A stretch of DNA of 63,075 nt, counting the filler, from Octopus bimaculoides (lineage: Eukaryota), in NCBI RefSeq assembly GCF_001194135.2. It is 3 parts of 3 records of this genome, joined end to end, with 100 filler letters (N's around TTAATTAATTAA, not from the genome) between each part and the next. Parts side by side here need not be neighbours in the genome. Positions count along the whole stretch, not along the records: positions 30,328 to 50,386 come from NC_069000.1; 2 more parts are not named here. One strand, given 5' to 3'. Both the position numbers and the translations under genes were made by a program. Under the pieces are notes generated by a model, which did no database searches, was not told the origin of the DNA, and saw only the letters and a list, made by a program, of their open reading frames with translations. Numbering within the stretch: position 1 is the stretch's first letter; every line of letters starts with the position of its first letter. Positions 34,453 to 47,929 of this stretch are shown piece by piece.

Positions 34453-36055
34453 CTGAGAATTCAAATGTGGTAATTGATAGAAATTATAGTTTCAATTAGT
34501 TTTAGTTTTTACTGACCAAATGAAATTCCTTATACCATACTTTGAGAATTGACCACACTTTCTTCAATTAGTTACCATTAAAGTGTGTGAGTGTATGTGT
34601 GTGAGCATGTATGTGCACACACACATACACACACGCACACACGCACACACATGCAGATAGATAAATACAGATAACTATATATATGAATTTTGGTATTTCA
34701 TAGCATCTGTGTTTTTGTCTCCCTGTAAATACATATAAGTGTATTAATTAATGCATCAGTAGGTGTTTGTGTTTGTATAAATGGAAGTATATAGGGGACA
34801 CATGTAGTGTGCTGGTGATGGCAGTGGTGGTTATGGTTGTGGTAGTAATGGTAGTGGTGGTGATGGTGCAGTGGTGGGGATGGTGGTTGTAGGTGGTAGG
34901 TATGTTTACATAGTTCAACCCTAGTGTGTTTAACCCTAGTGTGTTTCAAATGTGGGGGCTTCACTACCATTAAAATTTTGGGGTATATTTCATAGGAAAT
35001 GAACATGAGTGATGATGATGATGATGATGACATTTGTGGTGGTGTTGGTTGTGGTAGTGATGGTGGTGGTGCTGATAGTAGTGGTGATGATAATGCTAAT
35101 GAAGTAGTAGTGGTAGTAGTGGTGGTGATGATGGAGGTTGTTGTTGTAGTGGTGGTAGTATCAGTGGTTGTGATGGTATTATCGAAGATATGTAGACCTA
35201 AATAAGGATGAGGATGATGAGGGCTCGGAGGGGAAGGGGAAAATACCAAGGAAAAGAATACAAGAAACTAAAATAGATAAAATAAATGTGAAAAACCAAC
35301 AAAACAAAATAGTATAATGGAAACATTGATGAATTTGTTGATATTTATTTTAGTAGAATAGGGTAAAATACAGAGCTGAGTTCACCTGACTAATCAGTAC
35401 ATACATANNNNNNNNNNNNNNNNNNNNNNNNNNNNNNNNNNNNNNNNNNNNNNNNNNNNNNNNNNNNNNNNNNNNNNNNNNNNNNNNNNNNNNNNNNNNN
35501 NNNNNNNNNNNNNNNNNNNNNNNNNNNNNNNNNNNNNNNNNNNNNNNNNNNNNNNNNNNNNNNNNNNNNNNNNNNNNNNNNNNNNNNNNNNNNNNNNNNN
35601 NNNNNNNNNNNNNNNNNNNNNNNNNNNNNNNNNNNNNNNNNNNNNNNNNNNNNNNNNNNNNNNNNNNNNNNNNNNNNNNNNNNNNNNNNNNNNNNNNNNN
35701 NNNNNNNNNNNNNNNNNNNNNNNNNNNNNNNNNNNNNNNNNNNNNNNNNNNNNNNNNNNNNNNNNNNNNNNNNNNNNNNNNNNNNNNNNNNNNNNNNNNN
35801 NNNNNNNNNNNNNNNNNNNNNNNNNNNNNNNNNNNNNNNNNNNNNNNNNNNNNNNNNNNNNNNNNNNNNNNNNNNNNNNNNNNNNNNNNNNNNNNNNNNN
35901 NNNNNNNNNNNNNNNNNNNNNNNNNNNNNNNNNNNNNNNNNNNNNNNNNNNNNNNNNNNNNNNNNNNNNNNNNNNNNNNNNNNNNNNNNNNNNNNNNNNN
36001 NNNNNNNNNNNNNNNNNNNNNNNNNNNNNNNNNNNNNNNNNNNNNNNNNNNNNNN

Positions 36056-36111
<56 letters not shown>

Positions 36112-36579
36112 CATCCTGTGCTTGTGGCATGTAAAAAGCATTCACTCCACTGTGCTGAGTGGTTGGTGTTAGGAAGGGCATCCAGCCATAAAAACCCTAA
36201 CAAAACAGACAAGAGTCTGGTGCAAGCTCCTGCCTGACCAGCTCCTGTTAAACCATCCAAACCATGCCAGTATGGAAGGCGGATGTTAAACAATGATGAT
36301 GATGATGACACACACACAAAAAGCACACACACACACACACATGTGTGTGTGTGTGTGCATGTGTGTGTTTCTGTCTGAGTTTGTTCTCCACCATTACTTG
36401 ACAATCAGTCTGGTGCGTTTACATCTCCATAACTTAGCAGTTTGATAAAAGTAACCAACAGAATAAGCATCAGGCTTAAAATAAATAAGTACTGGGATCA
36501 ATTCTTTCAACTAAAAAATTCTTGAAGGTAGTGCCCCAGCATGACTGCAGTCTAGTGACTGAAACAAGTAAAAGATAGG

Positions 36580-36610
<31 letters not shown>

Positions 36611-37744
36611 TACGTATATATATAAATACGTATATATATATATATATATATATATATATNNNNNNNNNNNNNNNNNNNNNNNNNNNNNNNNNNNNNNNNN
36701 NNNNNNNNNNNNNNNNNNNNNNNNNNNNNNNNNNNNNNNNNNNNNNNNNNNNNNNNNNNNNNNNNNNNNNNNNNNNNNNNNNNNNNNNNNNNNNNNNNNN
36801 NNNNNNNNNNNNNNNNNNNNNNNNNNNNNNNNNNNNNNNNNNNNNNNNNNNNNNNNNNNNNNNNNNNNNNNNNNNNNNNNNNNNNNNNNNNNNNNNNNNN
36901 NNNNNNNNNNNNNNNNNNNNNNNNNNNNNNNNNNNNNNNNNNNNNNNNNNNNNNNNNNNNNNNNNNNNNNNNNNNNNNNNNNNNNNNNNNNNNNNNNNNN
37001 NNNNNNNNNNNNNNNNNNNNNNNNNNNNNNNNNNNNNNNNNNNNNNNNNNNNNNNNNNNNNNNNNNNNNNNNNNNNNNNNNNNNNNNNNNNNNNNNNNNN
37101 NNNNNNNNNNNNNNNNNNNNNNNNNNNNNNNNNNNNNNNNNNNNNNNNNNNNNNNNNNNNNNNNNNNNNNNNNNNNNNNNNNNNNNNNNNNNNNNNNNNN
37201 NNNNNNNNNNNNNNNNNNNNNNNNNNNNNNNNNNNNNNNNNNNNNNNNNNNNNNNNNNNNNNNNNNNNNNNNNNNNNNNNNNNNNNNNNNNNNNNNNNNN
37301 NNNNNNNNNNNNNNNNNNNNNNNNNNNNNNNNNNNNNNNNNNNNNNNNNNNNNNNNNNNNNNNNNNNNNNNNNNNNNNNNNNNNNNNNNNNNNNNNNNNN
37401 NNNNNNNNNNNNNNNNNNNNNNNTATATATATGTATATATATATATATATGTATACACACACACATACACAGATGATGATTCAAAAGTCATGTGGTAAGT
37501 TTACAACTAATTTGCTATATAAAACTCATTTCAATAATACTAATAATAATGTAAAATGAAATGTTAAATGTTTTGGGGCATGACCTTTGGCCCACCCTGT
37601 ACACACACATACACTTACACACGCAATCACTCGCACACACTTACAGACATGTGCACACACACACACACATTTTTATTAATATTTAGCAGTGAATGGCTTG
37701 AGGTCGAAGAGTTTTGTACATTGGCTCTGTTGTTTTGGCTAAAT

Positions 37745-38125
37745 ATTAGGCTGTGTGGTAAGTAGCTTGCTTACCAACCACATGGTTCTGGGTTCAGTCC
37801 CACTGCGTGGCACCTTGAGCAAGTGTCTTCTACTATAGCCTTGGGCCGACCAAAGCCTTGTGAGTGGATTTGGTAGACGGAAACTGAAAGAAGCCTGTCG
37901 TATATATGTGTATATGTTTGTGTGTGTGTGTTTGTGTCCCCAACATCGTTTGACAACCGATGCTGGTGTGTTTACATCCCCATAACTTAGCTGTTTGGCA
38001 AAAGCGACTGATAGAATAAGTACTAGGGTTACAAAGAATAAGTCCTGGGATCGATTTACTCGACTAAAGGTGGTGCTCCAGCATGACCGCAGTCAAATGA
38101 CTGAAACAAGTAAAAGAGTAAAGAG
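37745..38125 (+). mobile_element. tRNA-derived SINE with an internal (GT)n (family also at 33.6, 36.4, 40.8-41.2, 52.3-53.0 and 56.9 kb)
   Basis: GGCTGTGTGGTAAG A box, GGTTCAGTCCC B box, CCTTGAGCAAGTGTCTTC body and TGAAACAAGTAAAAGA tail. Confidence 0.85.
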
Positions 38126-38770
38126 TATATACTCATATTTTGAGCTCTATTTTCCCTGTTCACATCACCATACCTGTGTTTGTGTGTGTTTGTGTGTGTT
38201 TATGTGTGTATGTGTGTGCATATATATAATTTTGTATGTATGTATATAGGTAAAGTTTTAAGTATTGTCTGGATTGGAACTCTGCTCTTGTTCTCACTAA
38301 CCCATCCATTACAAATGGAGGGGCAGGCTGCAAGTCAACTGCAGTCTGTAAAACTAATTAGTTTAGAGTCATCTTCTGGTTGTTTTGGTAGCAGAGACGG
38401 TATTAGGGGTGTTGGGGAGGGGGTAGTAGTGATGGTGGTGATGTCGGTGGGGGGAGGTTACTGTATTAATTGATGGTGCTGGCAATGGTTGTCACAGTAG
38501 ACATGATGGTGGTGAAGGTAGCAGTGATGATAGTGCTGGCTGGTTATAGCAATGCAGTTGAATGGTTTCATTGCTGCATCTTATGCAGATTTACAGATTG
38601 TTTCTGGCAGGAGTGTTGTTGATCAAGTTCTTGGTATTGCAACTGATGGCTGTGGTGGTTGTGGTGGAGGTGGTAGCTGCACTTTGATGCTCTAATTGCT
38701 GCATCTTATGCAGATTTAGAGAATATTAGTCCAGCAATGTAACTACTAGTGCACTTCAAAGATTATATTA

Positions 38771-38819
<49 letters not shown>

Positions 38820-39814
38820 AAACACACTCACAACTACACATACAGAAAAACACATACACATGAAGAGAAAACACAAGCACATGCACTAATATACACATGC
38901 ATATTAAACATACACAGACACGCTTATATTAAACACTCATACAAAAGCACACACATAAATGCTCATACAGAGTCACACATGCATGTACAGAGAGAAATAC
39001 ACACAAGCACACTCACACACTCATGCATCCACACACACACACACACACACAATTCTGACAATTACAGAGAACTGAATACATTTCTACTTATTTGTGAAGC
39101 TTCATTAGAAGATTCACAAATCAAACCCACAGTTGCATTGCAGTAGCATTATGCCACCACCTCCACAGCAACAATACCATGGCCACCATCTTCACCCCCC
39201 CNNNNNNNNNNNNNNNNNNNNNNNNNNNNNNNNNNNNNNNNNNNNNNNNNNNACCACAACCGCCGCCACCACCACCACTACCATAGCAGCATTACCATCA
39301 TCACCACTGTCACCACCACCACCACCACCACCGCCGCTGCCACCACCACTACCACCACAACCAATGTAGCAGCATTGCCACCATCATTACTACAGCACCA
39401 CCATCACCATCATTGTTGCTGCTACTACCACCACAACCACCACCAGTTGCAAGCCAGTATCATTGTTAAATACAAAACACCATACTGATAAATGATGCAC
39501 GTAATTGAGTCTGGCAATAAGACAACTGGATCAATTTTCATTATTTTTATTTTTTATTTTTACAAGAATGATGTTGGCGGTGGTGGTAGATTCTCTGCCT
39601 GTATCGGTGATGATCATTCAGTGTTTGACCAACTGAATTTCTACTTGTGAAATTGATGTGTAAGTGGCAGAGTATTCCATGGGCATTTCTCTCTCCCTCA
39701 ATAAAGAGAGAGAGAGAGAGAGAGAAGAAGAAGAAGAAAGTGAGAAAGAAGAAATAAGTGAGAGGAAGAAAAATACAACCCTAGGACTTATTTATTATGA
39801 CAGTATGAAGGAGG

Positions 39815-40255
39815 ACAGAGAGCTGGCAGAATTGTTAGCGTGCCAGGCAAAATGCTTAGTGGCATTTTGTCCTTCCTTACACTCTAAGTTCAAATGCTGC
39901 TGAAGTTAACTTTGCCTTTCATCCTTTCAGAGTCAATAGAATAAGTACCAGTTGAATACTGGGGTTGATGTAATTGACTTACCCATTACCCCAAAATTGC
40001 TAGCTTTGTGCCAAAATTTGAAACTGATATTATTCATTAAGGTTGGTGAGCTGGCAGAATTGTTAGCATGCTGGGCAAAATGCTTAGATGTATTTCACCC
40101 GTCGTTATGTTCTGAGTTCAAATTCTGCCAAGGCTGACTTTGCATTTTCATTCTTGTGGGGGTTGATAAAATAAATACTAATTGAATACTGGGGTTGATG
40201 TAATTGACTTACCCCCTACCCCCAAACTGCTGGCATTGTACCAAAATTTGAAGGA
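39815..40255 (+). mobile_element. Two tandem copies of a tRNA-derived SINE
   Basis: The unit GAGCTGGCAGAATTGTTAGC..GTTCAAAT..CCAAAATTTGAA occurs twice head-to-tail. Confidence 0.85.
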
Positions 40256-40759
40256 ATTACTATGGGATGAAGGGTCAAACTGACCTCAATGGGATTTGAA
40301 CTCAGAGCAACAGAACTCAAGACATTTTATCCAGTGTTTTACTGATTCTGCCATTCATTGCCTTACTAGCACAGTAATATGTGTTGGTATAGTTGTAGTG
40401 TGTGATGGTAGTGGTAGTTGTAGTGGTAGTAATAGTATGGTAATAATAATGGTGACTGTGTGGTACTAGTGTTGTGATGGTAGTAGTAGAGGTGGGTGTA
40501 GTTGTGGTGAAGAGGGGGTAGTATGGAGGTGGTTTTGTAGTTGTCGAATGGTGAGCATATGTAATTTCAATTTTCAGAATGTTGATTATGGAAATTTCTG
40601 TTGGGCTAATTTCACCAAAGATCTTAATATTTAAAGACCTGTAAATTTGCAAGCTAAGACAATTGTTAGAACATCTGGAAAATGCTTCATGATATTTCTT
40701 CTGGTTCTTTGTGTTCAAATTCTGCTCTGTTCAACTTTGTCTTTCATCCTTCCACAGGG

Positions 40760-41175
40760 TTTTATCTTTTATTCTTTTACTTGTTTCAGTCATTTGACTG
40801 CAGTCATGCTGGGGCAACACCATGAAAGGTTTTTAATTGAACAAATTGACCCTAGGACTTATTTTTTTTGCCTAGAACTTATTCTATCAGTCTCTTTTGC
40901 TGAAGTGTTAATTTGCAGGAGGGAACATAAACACACCAACACTGGTTGTTAAGCAGTGGTGGGGAACAAACACAGGCACAGACAGACACACACACACATA
41001 TACACATGCATAAAATAAGGCTTCTTTCAGTTTCTGTGTACCAAATCCATTCACAAGGCTTTGGTCAGCCCAAGACAATAGTAGAAGACACTTGCCCAAG
41101 TTGCCATGCAGTGGGACTGAACCCGGAACCATGTGGTTAGGAAGCAAGCTTCTTACCACACAGCCATACCTGAGT
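40760..41175 (-). mobile_element. tRNA-derived SINE (same family as 37745-38125)
   Basis: Reverse complement of the same head, body and tail. Confidence 0.85.
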
Positions 41176-42910
41176 TGATAAAATTAAAATACCAGTCAAG
41201 GACTGAGGTTAATGGTATTGATTAAATCTTCTCCTCAAAGTTGCTGGCCATCTGCCAAAATCAGAAATCATGAATACTTTGTAAAAAAAAAACAAAAAAA
41301 AAACTGATATTTTTTGTTTGATAAATAACATTTTTAAAATATTAGTAATTTAAGATTGACAGTTCAATTTTTCAATCATTCAAATATAAAATGCCTCTAT
41401 AGTTTAGTTTTTAGCTATATTTGAGCAAAACTCGAATATTGCCAAGTAATTTTTAATGTAATTACCAAATACCTACTTTCAGTCAGTCAATTTCATGTTT
41501 GGATGAATTACTCTCCACTCCTAATTTTTTTCCTTTATTAACTAAACCAGAAAACAATAGTTCTCAAGCAGGAGAGCTGCAAGGAGTATTAAGGTACACT
41601 GGGGGACTTAAACAAAATAACTGGTAGGTGCAGTCCCGGGAATATTTCGAAGGGATGGCACAAGATCAAAAGAGAATAAATACAATTCCTGGAGAAAAGG
41701 GCGTAACATTACTTAGAAGGGCGCACTTCTTTTCTTGAAGAGAGTAAATGCCCCTCAGGCCCTCTTCCTTGGGTCTGCTCCTGATTGAAGTCTTTAAAAA
41801 GTCTATACAACTGCTTGAATGTCTTGAAAAAGGAGTAATTCATAATTTTGTTATACACAAGTACATTCTATAAAACAAAGTGGGCAATAAGTTTGTTACT
41901 TTATTTCTATATTTTTAAAATATCACTCAAGTATTGTATTGAACCTCAGTATTTACTTCATGGGTACTTTATTTTATCCTCTCCATTCAAAATTGCAGGT
42001 TTTGTGCCTAAATTAGAGACTATTAATATTATTTGACAGAATCGTTTGAGCGTCGAATGAAATGCTTTGCGATATTCTTTTCATCATTCTAGGGCCAATG
42101 AAAGAAGTACTAGTTGAACACTGGGGCCAATGTAACTGACTAACAATCTCCCTCCAAAATTTCATGCCTTGTACCTATAGTAGAAAGCATAATAAGCATC
42201 ACTACTGAGGTGATGAGCTGGCAAAATCGTTAACATATAAGACGGTGCTTAGCAGCATTTCTTTTGGCTATATTTCTTTTGAGTTCAAATGTCATCAACG
42301 TCAACTTTGTCTTTCTTCCTTTTGGGGTGTTGATAAAATAAGTTTCAGTTAAGTTCTGGGGTCAAGTCCCTTCCCCAACAAAATTTCAGGCCATGTACTT
42401 AAAGTAGGAAGGATTATCATTATATTTTTTAAAGTTTCCATGTGTCGTTCGCCAATGATGTTTTATTAGATCTCTAGTGCATTACAATACATACATACAT
42501 ACATACATACATACATACATACATACATACATACATACATACATACATACATGCATACATACATACATACATGCATACATACATACATACATACATAACA
42601 ACTGAAAACCACTGCGTTTGGGTTTAGCTATATATAATGTATGTAGAAATCGTAAAACCGTTCCTAATACTGAAGTATAGCTGCTTGAATTGGTTAACTT
42701 GATCAATAGATCGACTTTCACGTTAATAGTGACAGCGACATTGATTTCATAATACAAACCATAAACATTTCGACTGAATAATCAAAATAAAATAAAACTC
42801 GAAAGAGAAAGTGAAATAAAGGGAAAGAAAAACAAATCTATATATTTCGTTCTGGCTTTAAACAAAACAGACGACCACTGAAAAACCCACACCATTGTCC
42901 GTCATCACTT

Positions 42911-42924
42911 GTAACCATAGCGAC
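42911..42924. promoter_or_regulatory. X-box-like motif in a small CpG-rich patch
   Basis: GTAACCATAGCGAC, with a GCCGCCGCCAT (YY1-like) motif at about 42960. Confidence 0.3.
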
Positions 42925-43464
42925 AACAACATGACACCATCTTTATTGCAGAAGCAGTAGCCGCCGCCATAGTTACATCTGAAGTAAAGATTTATTTTCT
43001 AAAACGATGACTTTCAACAACAGCTTATATAAAGATGCTAACTATAGAAAATTAAATAAAGCTATAGAAGATCTATTGTCAAATGTAACCGTCATGGTCA
43101 TATTTCCAGTGGCAAATAGATTCATGGTGCAATATCACACAATATTCTGCGAATTGGTTAGAAAGGTTAAAAAATGGAGGAGCGAGTGGAAAACGGTAAC
43201 AAACGATGACATAATGATTTTGTTTGCGTAGCCATGAAGCCCATGAGTTATAACTGGGAGGTAAAACAGGAATTTGTAATAGTAATGCATTTCTCAAGAT
43301 AATTAACGAATGCAAATAATTGTGCCTACAGAATTAACTTTATTTTCATTGATGGAACCTTTATGCAATTGTTTGATCTGTAGAATTAGCAACCAAATCA
43401 CACTCTTAAAAAACGGCAGGAAACAATGAATAACGGAAACATGAATATATAAAAGACGGGATGG

Positions 43465-43606
43465 CAAGGGCGGAATGAGAGTATTAAGGGCCCTCGGGCA
43501 TAACTATTTACCGGGCCCCTTAGCATTGATTTAGTAGAGTGCGGGCCCCTCAGAACTCTGGGCCCTCGGGCAGTGCCCGATTGACCGACGCCTCAGTCCG
43601 CCCCTG
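43465..43606. mobile_element. hAT-type MITE with an 8-bp TSD
   Basis: TIRs CAAGGGCGGAATGAG / CTCAGTCCGCCCCTG. TSD CGGGATGG at 43457-43464 and 43607-43614. Confidence 0.9.
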
Positions 43607-45109
43607 CGGGATGGTCACGGTTAGAATACCTTTGATCATAGATCTACTCTATCATGGCGAATATGGGGATTATTGATTATAGGTCTGTTCTAACATGGCG
43701 GGAATGGGAGTTAGAAAACAACTTTATTTTCAAGAACTAGATGTCCTTCTATGCCCTTTTCTAAGAAAACAATAGCTGTAATACTTATTTATTATATTAG
43801 CGTAAGAGATGAGTATTATTTATAGAAATGTTTTCCAGCTCTTTGCTTGTAATCCTTTTGAGATTAATAAAATAAGTACCAGTTGAGCACTGGGGACGAT
43901 GTAATCGATTTACTCCCTTCCCTAAAATCGCTGGCCTTATGTCAAAACGTAGAACCGTTATTTGAACAGAATTCAAACCGACCAAGCGGCGTAAAAGTAG
44001 TTTGTTCTCTACTCTACAAAATTGTGCCAATCACTGTCCACGATGAAAGTAATAACAAAGGCTTGTAACGTTAGCGCAAGTTCGTTTATTCGGGGAAGGA
44101 TTATATAAATCCCTGTAGCTGACTGGTACTTATCAATTTTGGTGGGACGATAAGCTAAACTGATCTCTACGAGAATTGAAACTCAGAAAGTAACATAATT
44201 AAATACCATAATGCATTTTGTCTATCCGTCGCTCTACCGATTTCGTTCGTCGATAACTCGCTGGATAGGAAAAATCACAACGCTCCACGTTCCACCGAGG
44301 TCAACCTTGCTTTTCATCCTTCCGGGTTCGGGGAAATACAGGATCAATGAAGTGTTTGAAGAGGTTTATACTCATATAATGCTATTTAAATGTGAATAGA
44401 ATTATGATAGAAGACTCTGCCACATCATTGCCCTTCACAGCGTAAATAATCGTGTCTTTATTAATAACAGTCGTTGACAATTACAACCACCAGCTCACAA
44501 TGCTTTTTGTTGTTTCTGCATTCTTTATGCCTCAAGTCATATCTAAACATATGTTATAAATTAAATTTATACAAATTTAGAGAAAATATTTCGCAAGCAA
44601 GTGTAAATATTTTGTTTATTGCTACGGCAACGGTAATGTTTGGGAACTGACATAGTAATGTCAACAGAGCTAGTAATGGTGGACGAAGTAGATAAACAAA
44701 CAAAAATAAAAATGAAAAATAAAAAAGAAAAGAAGAATAATGGCTTCCATATGTCATTTATTTAAATCCCACCCACCTTCCTTCGTCTTAGCGGGAAGAG
44801 GAAATGTTGAAGGTTTTAATTTGTAGAGTTGTTAACAAAGTTTTAGTGTGAAATGACTGGGTAAGGATGAAGAAAACCTGATGGTAAGACCAAAGCGCCA
44901 ATGTAGTCGAACGAATTGCTAGAAATTAAATAAAATCTCTTTTAATTTACCCACCACCTCTGCCTCCGCCACCGTCTTCTAAATAACGAAAGGTACGTTG
45001 AGCAAGACAATCCCTGCTATACCGACAGACGCGTTGGTCACGCATCTAAAACCGCCATTGATCATCGGGTCAATACGATGAGGATTGATCTGGGCTAAAT
45101 AACCACCAT

Positions 45110-45110
45110 T

Positions 45111-45144
<34 letters not shown>

Positions 45145-45170
45145 CCACCACCACCACCACCACCACCACC

Positions 45171-45231
<61 letters not shown>

Positions 45232-45232
45232 T
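45110..45232. repeat. Compound (CAG)n(CAC)n(CTA)n microsatellite
   Basis: Seen directly. Confidence 0.95.
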
Positions 45233-45419
45233 TGCACATTCGAGGACATGATGTGAACGGGGTACCATTGGTAGGATTCTTTTTTTAAAGTTGAACAAAA
45301 ACGGATAATGTCTTTGTTGTTTGGTTCCCAGATAAACCCTAATCGGTAAAAAACTATGATCAAAAACATTCCAGGAGTAACCGGAAGTGAGTAGGACTAC
45401 ATCTACTCCATATGTGGAA

Positions 45420-45950
45420 AATCGGTGTGTGTTTGTTTGTGGCGTTGTTACCTAATTCCTCCTATATCGTTTTATTGATTTTGATGAAACTTGACACGTG
45501 AATAGAACTCATGTCTGGAGACCTCGTGACATACTTAGATTGCTGAAAAAAATCGATAATACGGCTCCTGGAAGGGACCTTTATATCTACTTCATATAAC
45601 TATTTTTTTAAACACCTAAGTAAAATAACCCATACCACCTGCACAATATTTTTTAAAAACTCAAGGGAAATAACCCATTTCATTGTTTATGTTCAATTAC
45701 TTTAAATATTGATTTTTTTGTGTGTCCAATTTCTAATTTTTGTAGACAATATCACTTTTTTACTTTATTTGACACGTGAGTAGAACTCATATCTGGAAAC
45801 CTCGTGACATACTTAGAATGTTGAAAAAAAATCGATAATAGGGCCCATCCAATGAATCCTCCTATCTACTACATATTACTAATATTCTATTTAAACAACC
45901 TAAGGGAAATAACCCATACCACTTGCAGTTTTTAGCGAAGCGATCAATAT
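45420..45950 (+). mobile_element. DINE-1/Helentron-like non-autonomous element with an internal duplicated unit
   Basis: (GTTT/GT) 5' microsatellite, GATTTTGATGAAACTTGACAC motif, a unit of about 160 bp repeated at 45491 and 45769, and AGCGAAGCG near the end. Confidence 0.5.
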
Positions 45951-46427
45951 TTGATCCTCACACCCAGCCGACCTAATTCTGCATTTCACTACTCACAGTT
46001 TTGAACTGCTAAACATTATTATTGCACTTAATTGGAATCTCTTCATTAATACATTTCTATACATACATACTTTTTTGCCCATTACTCCGATAATTCTGCA
46101 TTTTTACAGTTACACTTTCTCCATGACAGTAGATAAATGTTTTTTTTTCCACAACGTAGTGGCTTCATGCAGGCATAGCATGGATTAGATCTTCGATTGC
46201 CAAATTTCACTTAACACTTCAACAGCGCTTTTCTCACAGTAAAACAATAGTTTTTCTGTGAATGACAACCTCTGATGACCTCTCTTGCTAATCTCCAACA
46301 ATCTCTCCCGCCTCCAGTTGACAGTTTTTGTACTTTTTTTGTGATGGAAAATACACCTTTTGTGACAGTTATAACGAAATTGCTTTCTTATATCAGAGTA
46401 ATACGGCGTTTCAGTAGAATATCTTTA

Positions 46428-46457
46428 CCCCCGGGAATTACCGGGGACACCAGCTAG
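46428..46457 (+). mobile_element. Helitron 3' terminus
   Basis: CCCCGGGAATTACCGGGG hairpin followed by CTAG|T. Confidence 0.65.
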
Positions 46458-47186
46458 TTTATCTAATAAAAGGTTCTTAACAGAAGTTATCCATATCTGC
46501 TGAGAGTATGGAGCAAAAGGTTGGGGAGAAGGGATATGGGACTCGATTTCCAGGACTGATTTCTATAAATGAATGCGTCAAAATCCTTAGGATTGTCTTT
46601 CACTAACTATTGGCATACTGCTACTTAACTGGATATGATGATGATGATGATGACAGCGGCGGCGGCCATGATGACGATGATGACAACGACCACAGGTCTG
46701 GTGAAGGGAGTATAGGGATACTTTGAGCAAGCATTTCTTTGAAATCATAGAAAGTTTTTTTTTTCCTTTTTAAAATAAGGAAAAAAGAAACCCAATTAAA
46801 TGTTTTCTTTCCTTATTTAATTCTTTTTTAATCATTTTTTAATGTTTGCTCAAAAGGTCCATGCTTTTGTTTAGCCCTTATTTCATACGTTCTGAGTAAC
46901 ATAAAGCTTTCCTTTCACAAGACCCAAGTTACTCTGGTGGTTGAAAAAACGTTGGGAATGTATATGATATATGATGCATGGACGCTAGGGAAATATGTCC
47001 TGTCTTTCATATATGATAAATAAAACAGGCAAAGGATTAAGACAACAGTGTAGCTAGACTGCCACACCTGGTAATAATTTTAGAAGGGGTGTCTCGTATT
47101 TTATAATTATAAAGTTTTATCATACAGATTCGTTATATAGAAATACTAGGTGGGGTGGCGTGTATGTATGTATGTACGTATGTGTG

Positions 47187-47248
<62 letters not shown>

Positions 47249-47929
47249 TGTAAAAATATACGTGTGTGCAAACAAACGGAAGTAGCATTCAACATATTTT
47301 AGAGTTGTATTTATTTAATAAAAAGTTGATCTAGGTCCATATTACTTAAAGTTTCGTGTAGATGTGAAGGATAAGTTTACATCTTCAAATAAACAAGACC
47401 AGAAAAAAGAGTGTATAAAAGCAAGTTTCTCCTGAATGCTCTTCCTCCCAAACCAACATCAAATGCAATGACATGGGGAAGGAAGAGCTGAACGATCAAT
47501 AGATCACAGTGACAAAAGGGGGCAAGGGAAAGAGGAGAGTACACAGCCCTACTCCAAGAAATCAACAAAAAACTTCCTGAAATCACAACTGCAACACAAT
47601 TCACAACCACTCCAACAAGAACAAAATGAACAACTTCAAAAACAGCAACAGCAGCATGAAATCAAAGAAACACAGAAACAACCAATTACAGAACTTCAAA
47701 ACTATTCCTCAGACTGTAGACGAAATGTCTCCATCGATTTCACTGTTGTGAACAAGTGTAACAGGAATTGATGGATTTTGTAAGTCAAAACAAAATCAAA
47801 GTAGAGACAGAGGGACAGGAATTTGAAGATTTCATCTTCAAAACCTTCAAGGACAGACTATTAATTAAAACGTAAGACATTTATAAAACTATAATAGAAA
47901 AATTCCCAGGTAATGTGAGGATTGAAAAA

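Noticed and set aside
43007-43315. Short ORFs on both strands, including EYCVILHHESICHWKY after a good acceptor
   Set aside because: No recognisable domain and no consistent phase link to the Ig gene; only weak resemblance.
44979-45110. AQINPHRIDPMINGGFRC possible exon
   Set aside because: The acceptor is weak, it is adjacent to a triplet repeat, and no homology was recognised.
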